64,000 nt of DNA from Squalus acanthias (GCA_030390025.1 CM059437.1:23870001-23934000); one strand, 5' to 3'. Positions 12,922-25,209 are shown, counted from the first letter of the stretch. Numbers and translations are program-made. The notes: generated from the letters alone by a model not told the origin.

Positions 12922-14486
12922 CATGCTTAAATCAAGTTAAGTTCGCTGTGCTTAAATAGTTTGGTTACACTGTGATAATTCAGTGTTAACTTAATAGCTT
13001 CAGTCAAGGTTCCAAGTCCATGGAAGCTTCATCGCAGGAATACTTCCATGAGCCCAAAGTAATTTTTTACTGATGATTCGATGATGTTAAGCTTAGGTTT
13101 TAAGTACAATTGGTTTCTGACAGAGGTAGAAAGAAGGGTAGAAGACTAAGGGAGATAAGAAGAGCCACAATGTTGAGGTTCTAGGAAAGAATGAATTAGA
13201 GTAGGAGGCGATGCACTGAGTCTTGATTTTAACACAATAAGGGAGGAGGAACAGCACAAAGGATGGCATATTTGAAGATGAGGATAATTTTAGGAGACAG
13301 GAAATACGACAGTGATAATTTTAGCATTTTTATTTGGCACATGAAAAGCTCACTTGTACTCAGCAAACACTTATTTTTGGAACTAGTGTGACAGACAAAA
13401 GCAGTTGGTTTCCCAAGCCTCTTCTCATTTAAATTCTGTCAGTCAGCTTCAGTACAAGTAGAAAGATTTCACAGCTCAGCATCAACCGTTGACAGCAGCA
13501 ATTCTAAACTTCGTCGCGGGTTAGTCGTAAACATAGAAGATATTATCAAGGGCCACAGCCTACATTTTTGTTGCTTGTGCCTAGAAAGAACATAGAGCCA
13601 CTAGTCACGATCTACAGGCTCTGCACAGCGATATAATACTGTGAGCTTCTCGGTGCTAATGAACTGCTAGTCATGGTGGTTGCATTACATTCAAAACCAA
13701 ATATTACAACATTTGTGGGAAAAGTCACCTCTTACATAAAAGGCCTGTAGGTAACAAGCATGCAGTCTATAGCAGGGTCTTTCAACTTCGAGTCTTACCC
13801 TATTGCATTATGAACTTGATGCTAAACTTATCCCAGTAACTAAACCGCACTTGGTGAGATCCACCTGAATGTGTAGTCTAGCAGTGCAGGAGGTCTATAA
13901 GATTTGGCTAATGTACTTATAGTACAAGTTCCCCTCCTCCATCATCTCAGGCTGGTAGATTCGTGCCAATAAGTAGATATATATGTGTGTGACTAACTGA
14001 AGCAAAACACATGATTTTCTAGTTTCTGTTGAAACTCAGAGCACCACCACAAATCCACAGCCTCATATATGTGTTGACATCAAAGGCAAGGACCTGTACA
14101 TACCCGGTGGCAATCTGAATTCCAAAAGAAATATGACCAGACAAGTATAACCCTGCCCGCATGAGTAAGATGGTAATGGCCAATGCACCTCACTCACTAC
14201 ATATGCAATAGCATTACATTTCTGTTGGCAAAATCACTAAACCAGGGATCGTAATCAGAATAACTTTACACATGTCCTACAATTGGGCAGATGGAGTCTG
14301 GATACAGCTTTATCAACATGTTATGTAAATCCATATTATCTAAAAAAAAAAGTCACAACTGAAAACCCCAATGGACTTTAGATTTAAAAATATTCAAATG
14401 AGGGTCTCTGCTGCCATGAGTATATGTGAAATACAGCATCACTTAAGGACATGATTTCTTAGTTGAAACCTCTGGTCCATAAGGAA

Positions 14487-14745
14487 AAAAAGAAGGAACG
14501 ATCTCCGGATATCCCAAATTGCTTTACAGCCAAAGAATTACTTTTGAAGTGTGGTCACTGTTATTTTGTAGGCTAACATGGTAGGCAATCTGTGTACAAC
14601 AATGAGATAAATGAGCAGATAATGTTGTGGTCGTGCTGGTTGAGGAATAAATGTTGGCCAGAATGCGCCCTGGGATTTTTATGTCCCTCTGAGAAGGCCT
14701 TGGTTTAAGATCTCATCCAAAAGCCAGCACCTCTGACAATGCAGC
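14487..14745 (-). mobile_element. Degenerate DeuSINE fragment
   Basis: GCTTTACAGCC...CTTTTGAAGTGTGGTCACTGTT...CTCATCCAAAAG, inverse of the SINE body. Confidence 0.7.
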
Positions 14746-17700
14746 CAATGAGAGTGCATCCATTTCATTTTTACTGTGTTTGGTAACACATGATGTTGTA
14801 ATGTCTGTTCTCGAGATAAGCAGGGCTTGGTTGAATGTGAAACAAGAACTCTTGGATCCAAACTTCAGATGGTCAGTATTTCCTCCGTTTTATGATTTTC
14901 AAGTATAGCTAACGGGTTTAGTTTGTGTCCCTTTACCTGTGGTCAAGACCTGAAGCTGCACTTATATGAAACAGCTGGTGCACGTTGTCCAAAACAATCC
15001 AAATTAGACAAATCACGACAAATTGGAATTTGGAGATCACTTCATCTCAATATTCCATGTAGGATATTTTCCCTATAAGTTTGTGGAGTAGAAGTTCCAC
15101 TGGAATTGTGGCAGGGCAGAATTTCACAGCCTTGTTTTTCGTATCTCTGGCCTCATCCGAAATTCTGGAGACGGGTCATTTAAATAATGGAAAGGCCACC
15201 TGTGCCTGTAGCAGCACAGCAAGGGTACCCGTCCCACGGGGAGCAGACTCAGAGTAGCACCCTGATAGTTTTCTTTCAGCAATCTTTTGCCCCTGTAGCA
15301 ATAGCAATCGATCCTTCTGGGATTGAATACAGTTCAACTTTTCAACATCAGGCCACACTTAACACCCACAATGGAACCTACACCTGCTCTCAGCAGACAT
15401 AGGTACCATGGGATTATCTGGGGCACTTCTAGTGAATAGCGTCAGGATACTGCCAATGACATAACAGTGGTGGGCAGAAAAGCATCCATTCCCCCCTAGA
15501 GCACAATTTGTTGGGCACCTTGAGAAGTGTAGCAACCTGACACACTTGGGTTCTTCGTCAAAATCCCAACCCCGCCACACTAGGATTATGTTCAACCTGC
15601 ATGATTTGTATCAGATTTGCATCACGCAATTGTGCTTTACCCCTATAGCATGTCATATGTGGTACTGTGGAGACGTTAAAACATTAAAGCCAATAGTTAA
15701 TTTTTCTCACCAGTAGCTAGGCAGGCCACTTAATTAAATGTGGTAACCAGTCAAAACTTTCTGCAGCTCCCAGTCAAGTCATTTAAGTCATGCAATTCAA
15801 TCTTTTTCTTCCAGTGACATTACTAAAGTCACCAATGTGATTAAAAATAATATAGTTCAGTCACCATTAAATCACGTGGAGATCAAAATCTATTTACTGC
15901 AGCAGTAATGCTTCATATAAGGAAACTGGAATCCAGTACAGCATAATTGTAGCCTGTAGGTGCTGGGCAGATATTTGCTGTCTCAGGGGCACACTCGTCC
16001 ACAGTCACCTAACTAACCCCCCCCCCCCCCCGCGCCCCCCCCCAGCCCCTGCATTCACAGTTCGTGCCCCAATTGGGGAGCCTTTTGGTTTACTATGGAT
16101 TTTCCACTCTTAAAATTTGTTTCCTTTCATCGCCAGAATTTAAATTAGATAAAACAATATTAGAAAGGATTTCTAATAAATTCAGAAAAACCCTGAAACC
16201 TTGGAAAACTGTGCAAGAATATCATGCATTAACATTTTCTGTCAGATCGCAAGCATTTGTCTGATTTAAATTGGCAGGTTTTAGAAATGGAATTTGGCAC
16301 TAAAGGGCAGAAATTGCAAGCACAGGTTGGAGATCGGGTGTGTGACTAGTGAGGATCTGATTGGCAGAAGACCCTTACAAAACCTGCCTTGAATTTGCAC
16401 TGACATCAGTAAGGAATGTGTTAACACATTTGTATGAAATTCCTTTGTTTGCCATTTCAACCGAGTGTTAACCTGTTTATTTTAAATGGGTTAATAGCCT
16501 TGTTAAAATAGCAGAGTAACTACAGACATGACATTAATGCATTCATGCTAATATCGCACCGTGAAATTTCAATACACAAAGGGTGAAATTTCAATGCACA
16601 AAGGGTGAAATACCTTTGGTTGACGATTTTAGTGGAAAATCAGTGCAGATACAAAATGAGAATCTTGTACTTGTGACTTTTACACCAATGGTATATCTAC
16701 ACACAAAAAAAACACTTTGCACTGATGCTGCAGTTATAGTGTAAATACTGCCAGAATCTAGAGTGAGGGCCTGACTGACATCGCGTGAAACTCCCTGAAA
16801 GAGGGATCTCACACTGCTTCACTTCAGAGTCAGTTCAGGCCTTCACACCTGAGTTACCCTCCAAGTTTAGCAGCGGTGCAAAGTGTTTTCGGCTTCACAC
16901 CAAGGCTAAACCTGCGGAATGCCAATGTACCGTACAATATACCCCTGATAACTCAGTCATTTTTGGCACTGGAATTTTTTTTAAATATGCGATAATTAAA
17001 TGAAGTAATGAAAATAACGCAGCAAAGTGAGGATATAGTGCTCAAAAAAATTTGAATTATCAGATCATTTGTAATAAGTGATTTTGAATTATAAGAAATA
17101 GACTTTACAAATATGAACAAGGGGAACTTAATCCTCCCCGAAGATCAGACTTTGTTGAAAGATTAATGATAACATCGATTGGCTACTGTAAGTGAGGAGT
17201 GAAGAAATGGAATTTCGCCTTTGACTGGCCCATTATTAAATCAAGCCTGTGCACACCAACAGAAAGGACACGGCTCTCAAATTGAACCACTTCCATTTGA
17301 GACCCATTTCATTCCCATTTGAACTGATTTGGATTGGCAGTACCTGCAGACTAAGTTAAAGGGAAAGCTTTCAATGTGGACAAAACCTTTTCAGATGACA
17401 GAAGTTCAGGCACTGTGTAGTTCTGCACAATTCAAACAATACTGGAGGAAAAATACTAGAGCTTTGAAAAGCACCTTGCTGGAGATCGAGAGTAATATGG
17501 TCTGACTCGCGAGCAACATCTGAGGTCAAGGTAACCTACATCACAAATAGGACAAGATGTGACTTTTGTGAGATTACTGTGATTTCAGGAAACTGATTTT
17601 TTAAAAACCTCAAATTTAATAAAGGTATTTGTCATAGTGGCCAGCTGCTGTTCATGAGGGTTTAGTTTCTGTAACATATTTGCGGGTAGATTTCCACTGT

Positions 17701-18209
17701 CCGCTAGGTGTAGCGGAAACATAAGCTTGTTCTTTACGAATGGGTTGATGATTTTGCTTCAGCCATCACATCGATCAGGGTTTTGCCCCATTGTGGCAAA
17801 ACTCCACCATATTGGCCACCTGGGCAGCCATTCCACTCCAGTTTAAAATGGTCTTTGTTTGGCACAGGTTGCATAGGCAGGTATTATGCACAGGTATCCT
17901 CATCTGCAAACTGTACTTACTGAAAGGGCTTGCAGTCTTGTTAGCTTATCTTCATTTACAATGCACTCCAATTTAACAGGGCAATTCTTTGGGAAAGCAG
18001 AGCATGCCTACTTGTACAGTGCAAGTGTCAACAGGTGACTATTTCATAAGCTCATAATGAGCGATTACAATGGAATGCATGTGTTGACATGCACCATGGG
18101 TAATCAGCATTGTGCTAAAGGGGATATTCAAGCACAGAAAGAATAATAAATACCTGGGAGTGGCTTTTGAATGTCATGAGAATCAAAGCTAGATTTACTG
18201 TGTAAGCTA

Positions 18210-18495
18210 GGGATGGGCCGGGGGGGGCGGGGGGAAGCCAGTCATGGTTCCCCCTCTTATTTTCTGTTCAGTGGCTACTGTTGGAAAGTGCAACTGTGTC
18301 GATGTTGGATGAAAACAGGGAACAGGTCCAACCGAGATGCCCCTCACATCCAGCTAGCCCGCCAACACTCACAGTCGAGGCTCACACGCGAAGAATGGGA
18401 ATTTGGGATAAAGTGCTCAAGGGCTGGTGGTGCCCGTGGCACTATATCCCAGCCTAAGCCAGTACCATCAGAGACAAGAGGAGAAAATTGCCAAA
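18210..18495 (+). mobile_element. SINE family B, 3' portion
   Basis: TGCCCCTCAC...AGGCTCACAC...GGTGCCCGTGG shared with 11294-11700. Confidence 0.5.
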
Positions 18496-18711
18496 TCTAA
18501 TAAGAAAAATGGTTTATAACTCACTTCCAGCTATTTGTTATAAAAACAGAAAATGCTGGAAATATTTGTTATTTTATTGAAGGTGTTTTATGCAGTAAAC
18601 GGTGAATCAACAGTTGTGAGGCTGAAAATTTATTTCTGGCTCTAGGATATGACTGGACCTGAAGACACCTTCACATGACAGGATCTATTATAGTATTACG
18701 GGAATTCTTCA

Positions 18712-18775
18712 TTTATTGCCTCTCTAGTTTATAACCCAGATCATACGTGATTTATAGAATAATGAGTTATTTATT
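18712..18775 (-). promoter_or_regulatory. Candidate RND2 polyadenylation signals (two AATAAA)
   Basis: TTTATT at 18712-18717 and 18770-18775 on +. These are the first AATAAA hexamers I saw downstream of the stop, after about 1.5 kb of repeat-poor sequence. No transcript support. Confidence 0.3.
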
Positions 18776-20314
18776 GTAAAATGGAAAATATTGAACCAGT
18801 CCAAGATGGACTGAAACCATGCAGGCTGTTTCAGTCCAATACCAGACCACTTTCAGCACTGAAGGCTGCAGTCAGCTCTGCCTCACCACACGCCCTTGAG
18901 GACAATGACAAGGTGGTTCGATACTCAGCTCAAGTACATCATAAAATGATCGCACAATTTCATCCCAGTGGAACAAACCCAGAGACCACTGTCACAGGAA
19001 GCTTAGGTTACATGTAAGCTCACCTTTGATTTTTCCTTCATTTACAGTTGAACTACAGAAGTGCCCATAGGTGAATTATAAGAATGTAGCCGTTTTAACT
19101 AGGAATTGCCCATAGGCTACCTCTGACAAATGATGCATTGGTCACTTGGAGGTTTGTCTACAAAAGGGCCATTCATAAATGGATAAATTCATGCTGATAC
19201 AAATCCAACCTTTCGCCCCAGAAGAGTGGAGAGTCTCTCTAAGTGGTGTACAAGGGGGCAAAGTCATCAATCCACAGTGCTAAACTCATTTAGTAGTGCA
19301 ATGTATTCTGAGGTACTTCACTTGTCTGAATTGTGGTACTGAGCATGTGCATATTATATTGAAAAAGAACAAGGTGCACACCAGAGATTATCTGTTCAGC
19401 TGATGTCAACTTCCAGTCACCTTTATAATGGAAAGTTCAATCACTAACATTTTTAGTGGGAGACACAGCTACAGAAAATCTCTCCTGCTCTCTACACATT
19501 TGGAAGGAGAGCTAATTTTTTTTTTTAAATGCCTTTTGTACTTCAATTTTGTAAATGAGTACTTCTCAGTGTCACATCAGGAAACATGAGGAACTGGTCT
19601 CCAACACATATTGTCATTTTTCTGTAGCTCAGTGTAGGCCGGTAACAGGATCAGCAGCAAATCCTCGAATACTGCATGATGAAGGCACAGTTTCACTAGA
19701 GGGAATTTTTAGATCTTTTTGTAACTTCTTTATAATGTTGAGGAATGCAAAGTCTCCTAATGGATTAGAATTGTAAATGTGCACAAAATTCCCTTTTGGA
19801 GTCTATGAAAGTTCAGTGCAAATAGTAGTGTAATGTTAAAATTCTGAAGATAATTAAAGAATAGGGATATTATATTTGGTGTGTATTTGTTAAGAGTCCT
19901 ATAGAGTTTGTTTTAAAAGGCAATACCCAAAAAGTGACTGTCATACATTTTTACTTCACAACACAAAAACTATCACTGCCATCAATCGTTCCCACAGTCC
20001 CTGTAGAAATCCAGTTCTCAATACAAACAAACAGCCCACATCTCCCTTAGCAACACAGTTTCACAAACATTCAAACACTTGGTTAATCTTCCTCTTCATT
20101 AGTTCCTTTCCACAAGAAGCCAACACAGCAACAGTCAATCTGCAAGCCTCATAAATAAGCAACAGCTCTCTGGATTCAGAAATAGCCAGTTTTGAGGCCT
20201 AGGCTGAAGGAAAAGCCTTGGATACCGACCTTGGACTAGGCAACAATCCTGTTGCTTCTGTGCCAGTTACTGTACAAAATGCACAATAAATACAAATAAT
20301 TATAAGTCTGTTCT

Positions 20315-20563
20315 TCACATTATTGAGCAACTTTTAGCACGGTCCTTTCTGATCTCCGAGTCATCCAGTAAGTCAGTCCTTCCAGGCATTTGCGATACCC
20401 TCTTTAATCCTCGCTTGGAATTGCTGCGTTTCAGATTTTTTTGCATCTTATTCACAGAAGCCAGGGTCGTAACGTGAAATACATCACGGACACTGTTCTC
20501 AGAAGCTTTCGATGAACATTCCACATAGGCCGTCGCTCCTATCTGCCGAGCCACTGTACTGCC
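20315..20563 (-). CDS. RND2: Rho-related GTP-binding protein RND2 (RhoN), last coding exon (exon 5)
   Basis: Acceptor TTTTGCAG|GGC. Translates GSTVARQIGATAYVECSSKASENSVRDVFHVTTLAS...KDRAKSCSIM*, with the G5-like ECSS motif and a C-terminal CaaX box. 249 nt including the stop. Confidence 0.95.
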   Translation of the reverse strand, partial: GSTVARQIGATAYVECSSKASENSVRDVFHVTTLASVNKMQKNLKRSNSKRGLKRVSQMPGRTDLLDDSEIRKDRAKSCSIM

Positions 20564-21892
20564 CTGCAAAATAAACGAGGTGGGGGGGGAGGGGGGGGGG
20601 AAAAAGCCATAATGTCAACCTTCACTGCATAAAGAAAGGCATGAAATGTGTGCTTCACATTTAATTAACCTTCATCCATTATGTTGTCCAATACAAGTAA
20701 TTTGAGCACAGCATGAAATGGCATCCAAGCAGTATTAATTCAAGAGCATGTCAAAATAGCTGAAGTAAAGCTTAGGTTCGCTGTGTTTTAAATGCTGCTT
20801 TTGGAACTGGATGACCTTTGCGTGTTTCTTTAAGAGAACAGAAGCTTACTTGTGAGAAACGTATTACTCTGAAGATCCAGATTAAATCAAACTTGGTCTT
20901 TCCCTCCCATAGTCCTCTCGCTCTTGCATCTCCTTCCTCTCCAAGAAGCAACCCCCACACCCCCCAACCCACACCCAATAAACAACATTGAGGAACCATT
21001 TGACTTTCATGCGCAAGTGTAATTCCACGCTCTTGGGGGCGGCGGGGGGGGGGGGGGGGAGGCCTTTGTGAGGGTGAACACCTAATTAAAGGCTCTAAAC
21101 AGAATCATTGCCTTTTCCACATGATTGAGTAAACTTTTTAATGACTGCATTTCAAACAGGATGCTCTCAGAACAAATGAAAGGAATTAACATTTATACAC
21201 GGGAATGACTTTAGTTCGTCAATAGATTGCATTGATGTTTTATTTATTCGACAAATCTTACATAAATTGAAATTACTGCTCGAATCCTTTGAATAAAGTT
21301 CATGGCTGTTATGGGAACAGCTATTTCATTTCATACCAACGTAAAAAGACGGAACATACTTTAATCCAAGCAATGGGTTTGTGAAAGGCAAACTAGCGAG
21401 TAAATAAGGCCAAGCTCTTGTGCAAAGAGATCTGGTGCAGTGTAACAATATTAGTATAATTAGTGACAAACAACCACCTGCGGACTATCATGTACTGTTG
21501 CAGCTGCTGGAGTTAAGTAGCTGGAATGTAAAATAGCCGCATGCTTTGTTAATTGCATGACGCGATAGAACCAGTTCTTCAGTCGCAGTATTTTTTAGGT
21601 TGTGTTGTTTTGTGAAGCTTTACAGGGAAACAAAGAGATGCAAAGCAGTAAAACAAACATACCAAATGAATTGTGAATAGAGACATCATTGCACAGTGTT
21701 TGGGACTTTAAAAATGATAGTTATTCATATGGAGGATATGCCTAAGGTGTTATTTTCCAGGAACCAGCTGTTGTTTAACACTCAGTAAACCTGCAGAATT
21801 GTTAATCTTTTATTGTCAGTGCTGATGTCCAAAATGACACTTTCCACTGGGACACAAAAAAGTATACTAAATATATCTAACTCCAAGACCTG

Positions 21893-21982
21893 TACGGTAC
21901 AGGGGAGCGGGACTAATTGGATAGCTTTTTCAAAGAGCTGGCACAGGCCCGATGGGCCGAATGGTCTCCTTCTGTGCTGTAA
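21893..21982 (+). mobile_element. CR1 3' tail fragment
   Basis: TGGATAGCTTTTTCAAAGAGCTGGCACAGG...GATGGGCCGAATGG...TTCTGTGCTGTA. Confidence 0.75.
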
Positions 21983-22889
21983 GGGAGTTTAATGATTTTG
22001 TTAAAAAAACTGACAGAAGTGATTACAAGAGCGTAATCTAATCTTGTGGTTGAGATGATAAGATCCATAGACATTTTACCCACAAGTTTGATGTGAAGAG
22101 GGTTGAAGGGAGGTAAGGGACTGAATTTTAGCTAAAGGCAGGGAATGTAGCTCATAGCGGAGAGAAGTTCATTCTAAAAATCTGCTTGCTGGGCGGGGGT
22201 GTGGGGGGGGCGGGTGGTGGGTGGGCATGGTTAAGGGCTTTTGTTCTCCAGCATGCAGGTCCATTGCATGGGAGCTGGATCTACAGGGATTGTGAAGACG
22301 GTCATGGGATTGTGGTATCTTGAATCATTGAATGCAGGGACATAGCCAGAATACATGGAGCAGTTCATTCTTCTGGCAGCATTTCAGCTCCAGAAACACA
22401 TACACCGTTCCGTCAAAAGAAAGACTTCCATGACCAGGGAAATATAAGTACATTGTAAAAAAAAATTTATACAATCACCAACTGTGAAATGTCACCACAT
22501 TATGGATTAGCCCTCTGAGTACTCAAGGTCCTTCACAGCTTTCTAAAGACGCACGCATTGTCTGTCATCCGGCAGCTGCAATGGGTGATTTACAATGCAT
22601 TTCTAACAGTGGTGACGTGTACAGAACCAACAGGGGCTTCACTAGACTCGAGCGGCCAGTCAACATTCCCATTCACTTACACAAATCGCCATTACTCAGT
22701 GGTACATCTTACTGAAACGGGTCCCTACATTTCTAACAAGATGCAGCCCGTGCGCACCCTCCATAAGGCGATTGCTGTTGTCTCTCCAGTTGTCTTATTT
22801 AACGCGCTGGATTTTCTGAATAAAACTCATACTTAGTCAGGGGGGACAAATGTTGCCGTACTCCTTGAAGTTCAGCCACTTCAAGTATA

Positions 22890-23133
22890 AAAGTGAGAAG
22901 TCGCACAACACCAGGTTATAGTCCAACAGTTTTATTTGAAATCACGAGCTTTCGGAGCTGCTGCTCCTTCGTCAGGTGAAGTGAAGGAATACGAATTCCT
23001 TCACTTCACCTGACGAAGGAGCAGCAGCTCCGAAAGCTCGTGATTTCAAATAAAACTGTTGGACTATAACCTGGTGTTGTGCGACTTCTCACTTTTGTCC
23101 ACCCCAGTCCAACACCGGCATCTCTGCATCATG
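22890..23133 (+). mobile_element. Penelope-like element (PLE) terminal remnant: inverted pLTR pair plus 37-nt tail
   Basis: Perfect 102-bp inverted repeat (22889-22990 / 22995-23096, loop ACGA), unpaired tail 23097-23133, flanking direct repeat ACTTCAAGTATA (22878-22889 / 23134-23145), internal hammerhead core and AATAAA. Confidence 0.88.
23006..23043 (+). ncRNA. Minimal type I hammerhead ribozyme motif (mirror copy on the - strand at 22942-22979)
   Basis: TCAC-CTGACGA-A-GGAGC(AGCA)GCTCC-GAA-AGCT-C^GTGA: CUGANGA and GAAA cores, stem I TCAC/GTGA, 5-bp stem II, and palindromic AGCT in place of stem III. Confidence 0.8.
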
Positions 23134-23166
23134 ACTTCAAGTATAGTAAGAGAAATACTCTAGTAC

Positions 23167-23301
23167 CTGTTCATGTGTAACTGGAATAAGCCTCTGCTTG
23201 GAAAGTTCCCTCAGTACATTCAGATCTGTCCGCATGTCGATCTTACACCCAACCACCAGTACTTTAGCGTTGGGGCAGAACTCCTGGGTCTCACTTTGCC
23301 A
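23167..23301 (-). CDS. RND2: RND2 coding exon 4
   Basis: Pyrimidine tract and CAG|TGG...GAACAG|GT; 135 nt, phase 0/0. Translates [55 protein letters not shown] and [11 protein letters not shown] are RND2-type rather than RND1/RND3. Confidence 0.96.
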
Positions 23302-23389
23302 CTGGAAAGAAAAAAGCCACAAAATTTACACTGCACCATTTGATACTGTAATGAAATAAGCTAATCTTCAAATCATCTGCAAACACCTA

Positions 23390-23575
23390 GGCCTAGAAAT
23401 TCATCTCAGGAGGTGGTGCAAAACAGACGGTATCGGATCGACCGCCCGTTATACGCCGCGCCCAATATTCAGATCCTTTGACTGCAATAGAACTGTATAT
23501 CGAGTGCTGCGTATAACGGGCCGCCGATCCGATACCGCCCGTTCTGCGCCACCGCCCGAGACTAATTTCTAGCCG
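23390..23575. mobile_element. Palindromic MITE (Harbinger-like)
   Basis: GGCCTAGAAATT...AATTTCTAGCCG; about 75-bp arms pair imperfectly around a central TTGACTGCAA; flanks CTA/CAA. Confidence 0.85.
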
Positions 23576-23950
23576 CAAAAATATTACAATGCTCCAAATA
23601 GTTATTTGGTGTTTTTTTTAACCTTTTTGAAAATGACTGATCCTCCGGAAAGGCAACAGAGGATCCATCTGGTGCACGTACAAGATGGATTGGAGTTTAC
23701 TCTGTCGAAGGAATATTCGGGAATGCACCTTTCAAGTTTTAAAAACATTTGGGTAGCAGCCACAGGTTTATGGTCAGCTCCTAAAGATCAGTCCCAACAC
23801 ATCCAAATCCTCCCGGCCATACCGGAAGGCACAGGTCAAGGTCACGGTGGAGACTGGAAAGAACTATCAGCTCGTTACAATATCAGCCTGCGAATGGTGC
23901 TGGATCAACATATCTGACAAGGAGCTATCTCTGGACAGAACAACAACAAT

Positions 23951-24118
23951 CGGTGAGAATGTGGAGCGCGCTACCACAAGGAGTAGTCGAGGCGAATAGC
24001 ATAGATGCATATAAGGGCAAGCTAGGTGGGAACAGAAGAGAAAAAAAAGAATATGCTGATAGGGTGAGATGAAGAGGGGTGGGAGGAGACTCGCGTGGAG
24101 CATAAACACCAGCGTAGA
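23951..24118 (+). mobile_element. CR1-type LINE 3' fragment
   Basis: GAGAATGTGG...CTACCACAAGGAGTAG...GGAGCATAAACACCAGC, same family as 49855-50097. Confidence 0.8.
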
Positions 24119-24549
24119 CGAAGCTAATTGGAGATATAGATATTGCAGTATAATCAGCAACTTTAATTGCTGCTGGTATTTGTATGGCGCCTCAAGACTA
24201 GATGGGAGTGAATTCATCGGAAGGCATTCCACTGTCTGGTCCAATTAAGATCTGCTGCACTTCTACTTTCTTAAAGTGGACTTGTACACATTACTGCTGG
24301 GCAGACCTTTCTGGACTAAACACGCCAGGCCAATTAACCCTTTAACTTTTCTAGTAATGCAGATATTAAAAAAAATACACATTTTCTAAAGTGACCTTTT
24401 GTTAAAAAATGACATGGTAATAAAGGAGTTGTGAAGAACTATGCTGCTGCAGTTAAAGGCAATTTATGACGTCTGATATGCTAATGACCTCGTGTTGCTA
24501 CATACCATAAAAAGTACAAAAACACAGGTGAAAGAGCGGAAGAACAGAC

Positions 24550-25209
24550 ACTTTAACGCCCGTTTAAACTCTCGGCCGGGAGTCATGCAGACGGGGACTG
24601 AGGCAAATGGCAAACCGTCTGGCCCGCCGCAGTGTGAGGTGTGGGAGATTTTAACTCCTGGGGGCTCATTTGCTGGGACCCGTCAGTCTTCCGGCAGGAA
24701 GCGGCAGCTGCTCGGTGGGTGGGAGGGAGCAGGATTGTGTGAGGCAGGAGGCCGGAGGCCAGCGGTGGGGACTCGAAGGAACACTCTCTGGCGCTCAGCT
24801 AAGTGGAAGGGAGTGGGGAGGGCTTCACGGTCGGGAGCAGGAAGCCCGGGACATGGGAGGTCCCAAGTTTACCTTGTGAGGGCCGCTAGGTTGGCCTGGG
24901 GGGGGATGCAGGGGGTGGTGGGAAGCTGCAATAGCTTCCCAGTGCAGGCCAACCATTAAACATTTCGCTTGGGCCTTGATGACATAATCAGAGCCCAATT
25001 TGCATATTTAAAGAGGCAGCCACTCACTGGACAAATCACTCTGAGCCACCTTCTGGCAGGTATCCCTCATACCTACTCAGAAGAGCAGGCCAATATCAGA
25101 ACCCACAGGAAGGCAGCGGGATCAGCGTGGGTAAGTCACACCAGTCATTTTAACAGTCCGCCTGCGTCCCCCCCCACCCCCCGGCTGCGAGCAGGGTTAA
25201 AATCAGCCC
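24550..25209. mobile_element. GC-rich non-autonomous DNA element (Harbinger-like)
   Basis: Ends GGGTTAAAATCAGCCC; left end TTTAAC is degenerate; internal TTTGCATATTTAAAG motif. Confidence 0.55.

Noticed and set aside
16561-16611. 22-bp tandem duplication (also 17-bp at 44586-44622)
   Set aside because: Only about two copies; ordinary slippage duplications.
18781-19017. 78-aa ATG ORF antisense to the putative RND2 3' UTR
   Set aside because: No recognisable homology or splice context; length expected by chance.
1-20000. Exons of a neighbouring gene (BRCA1 lies next to RND2 in mammals)
   Set aside because: No BRCT or other recognisable exon found by eye; small exons could have been missed.
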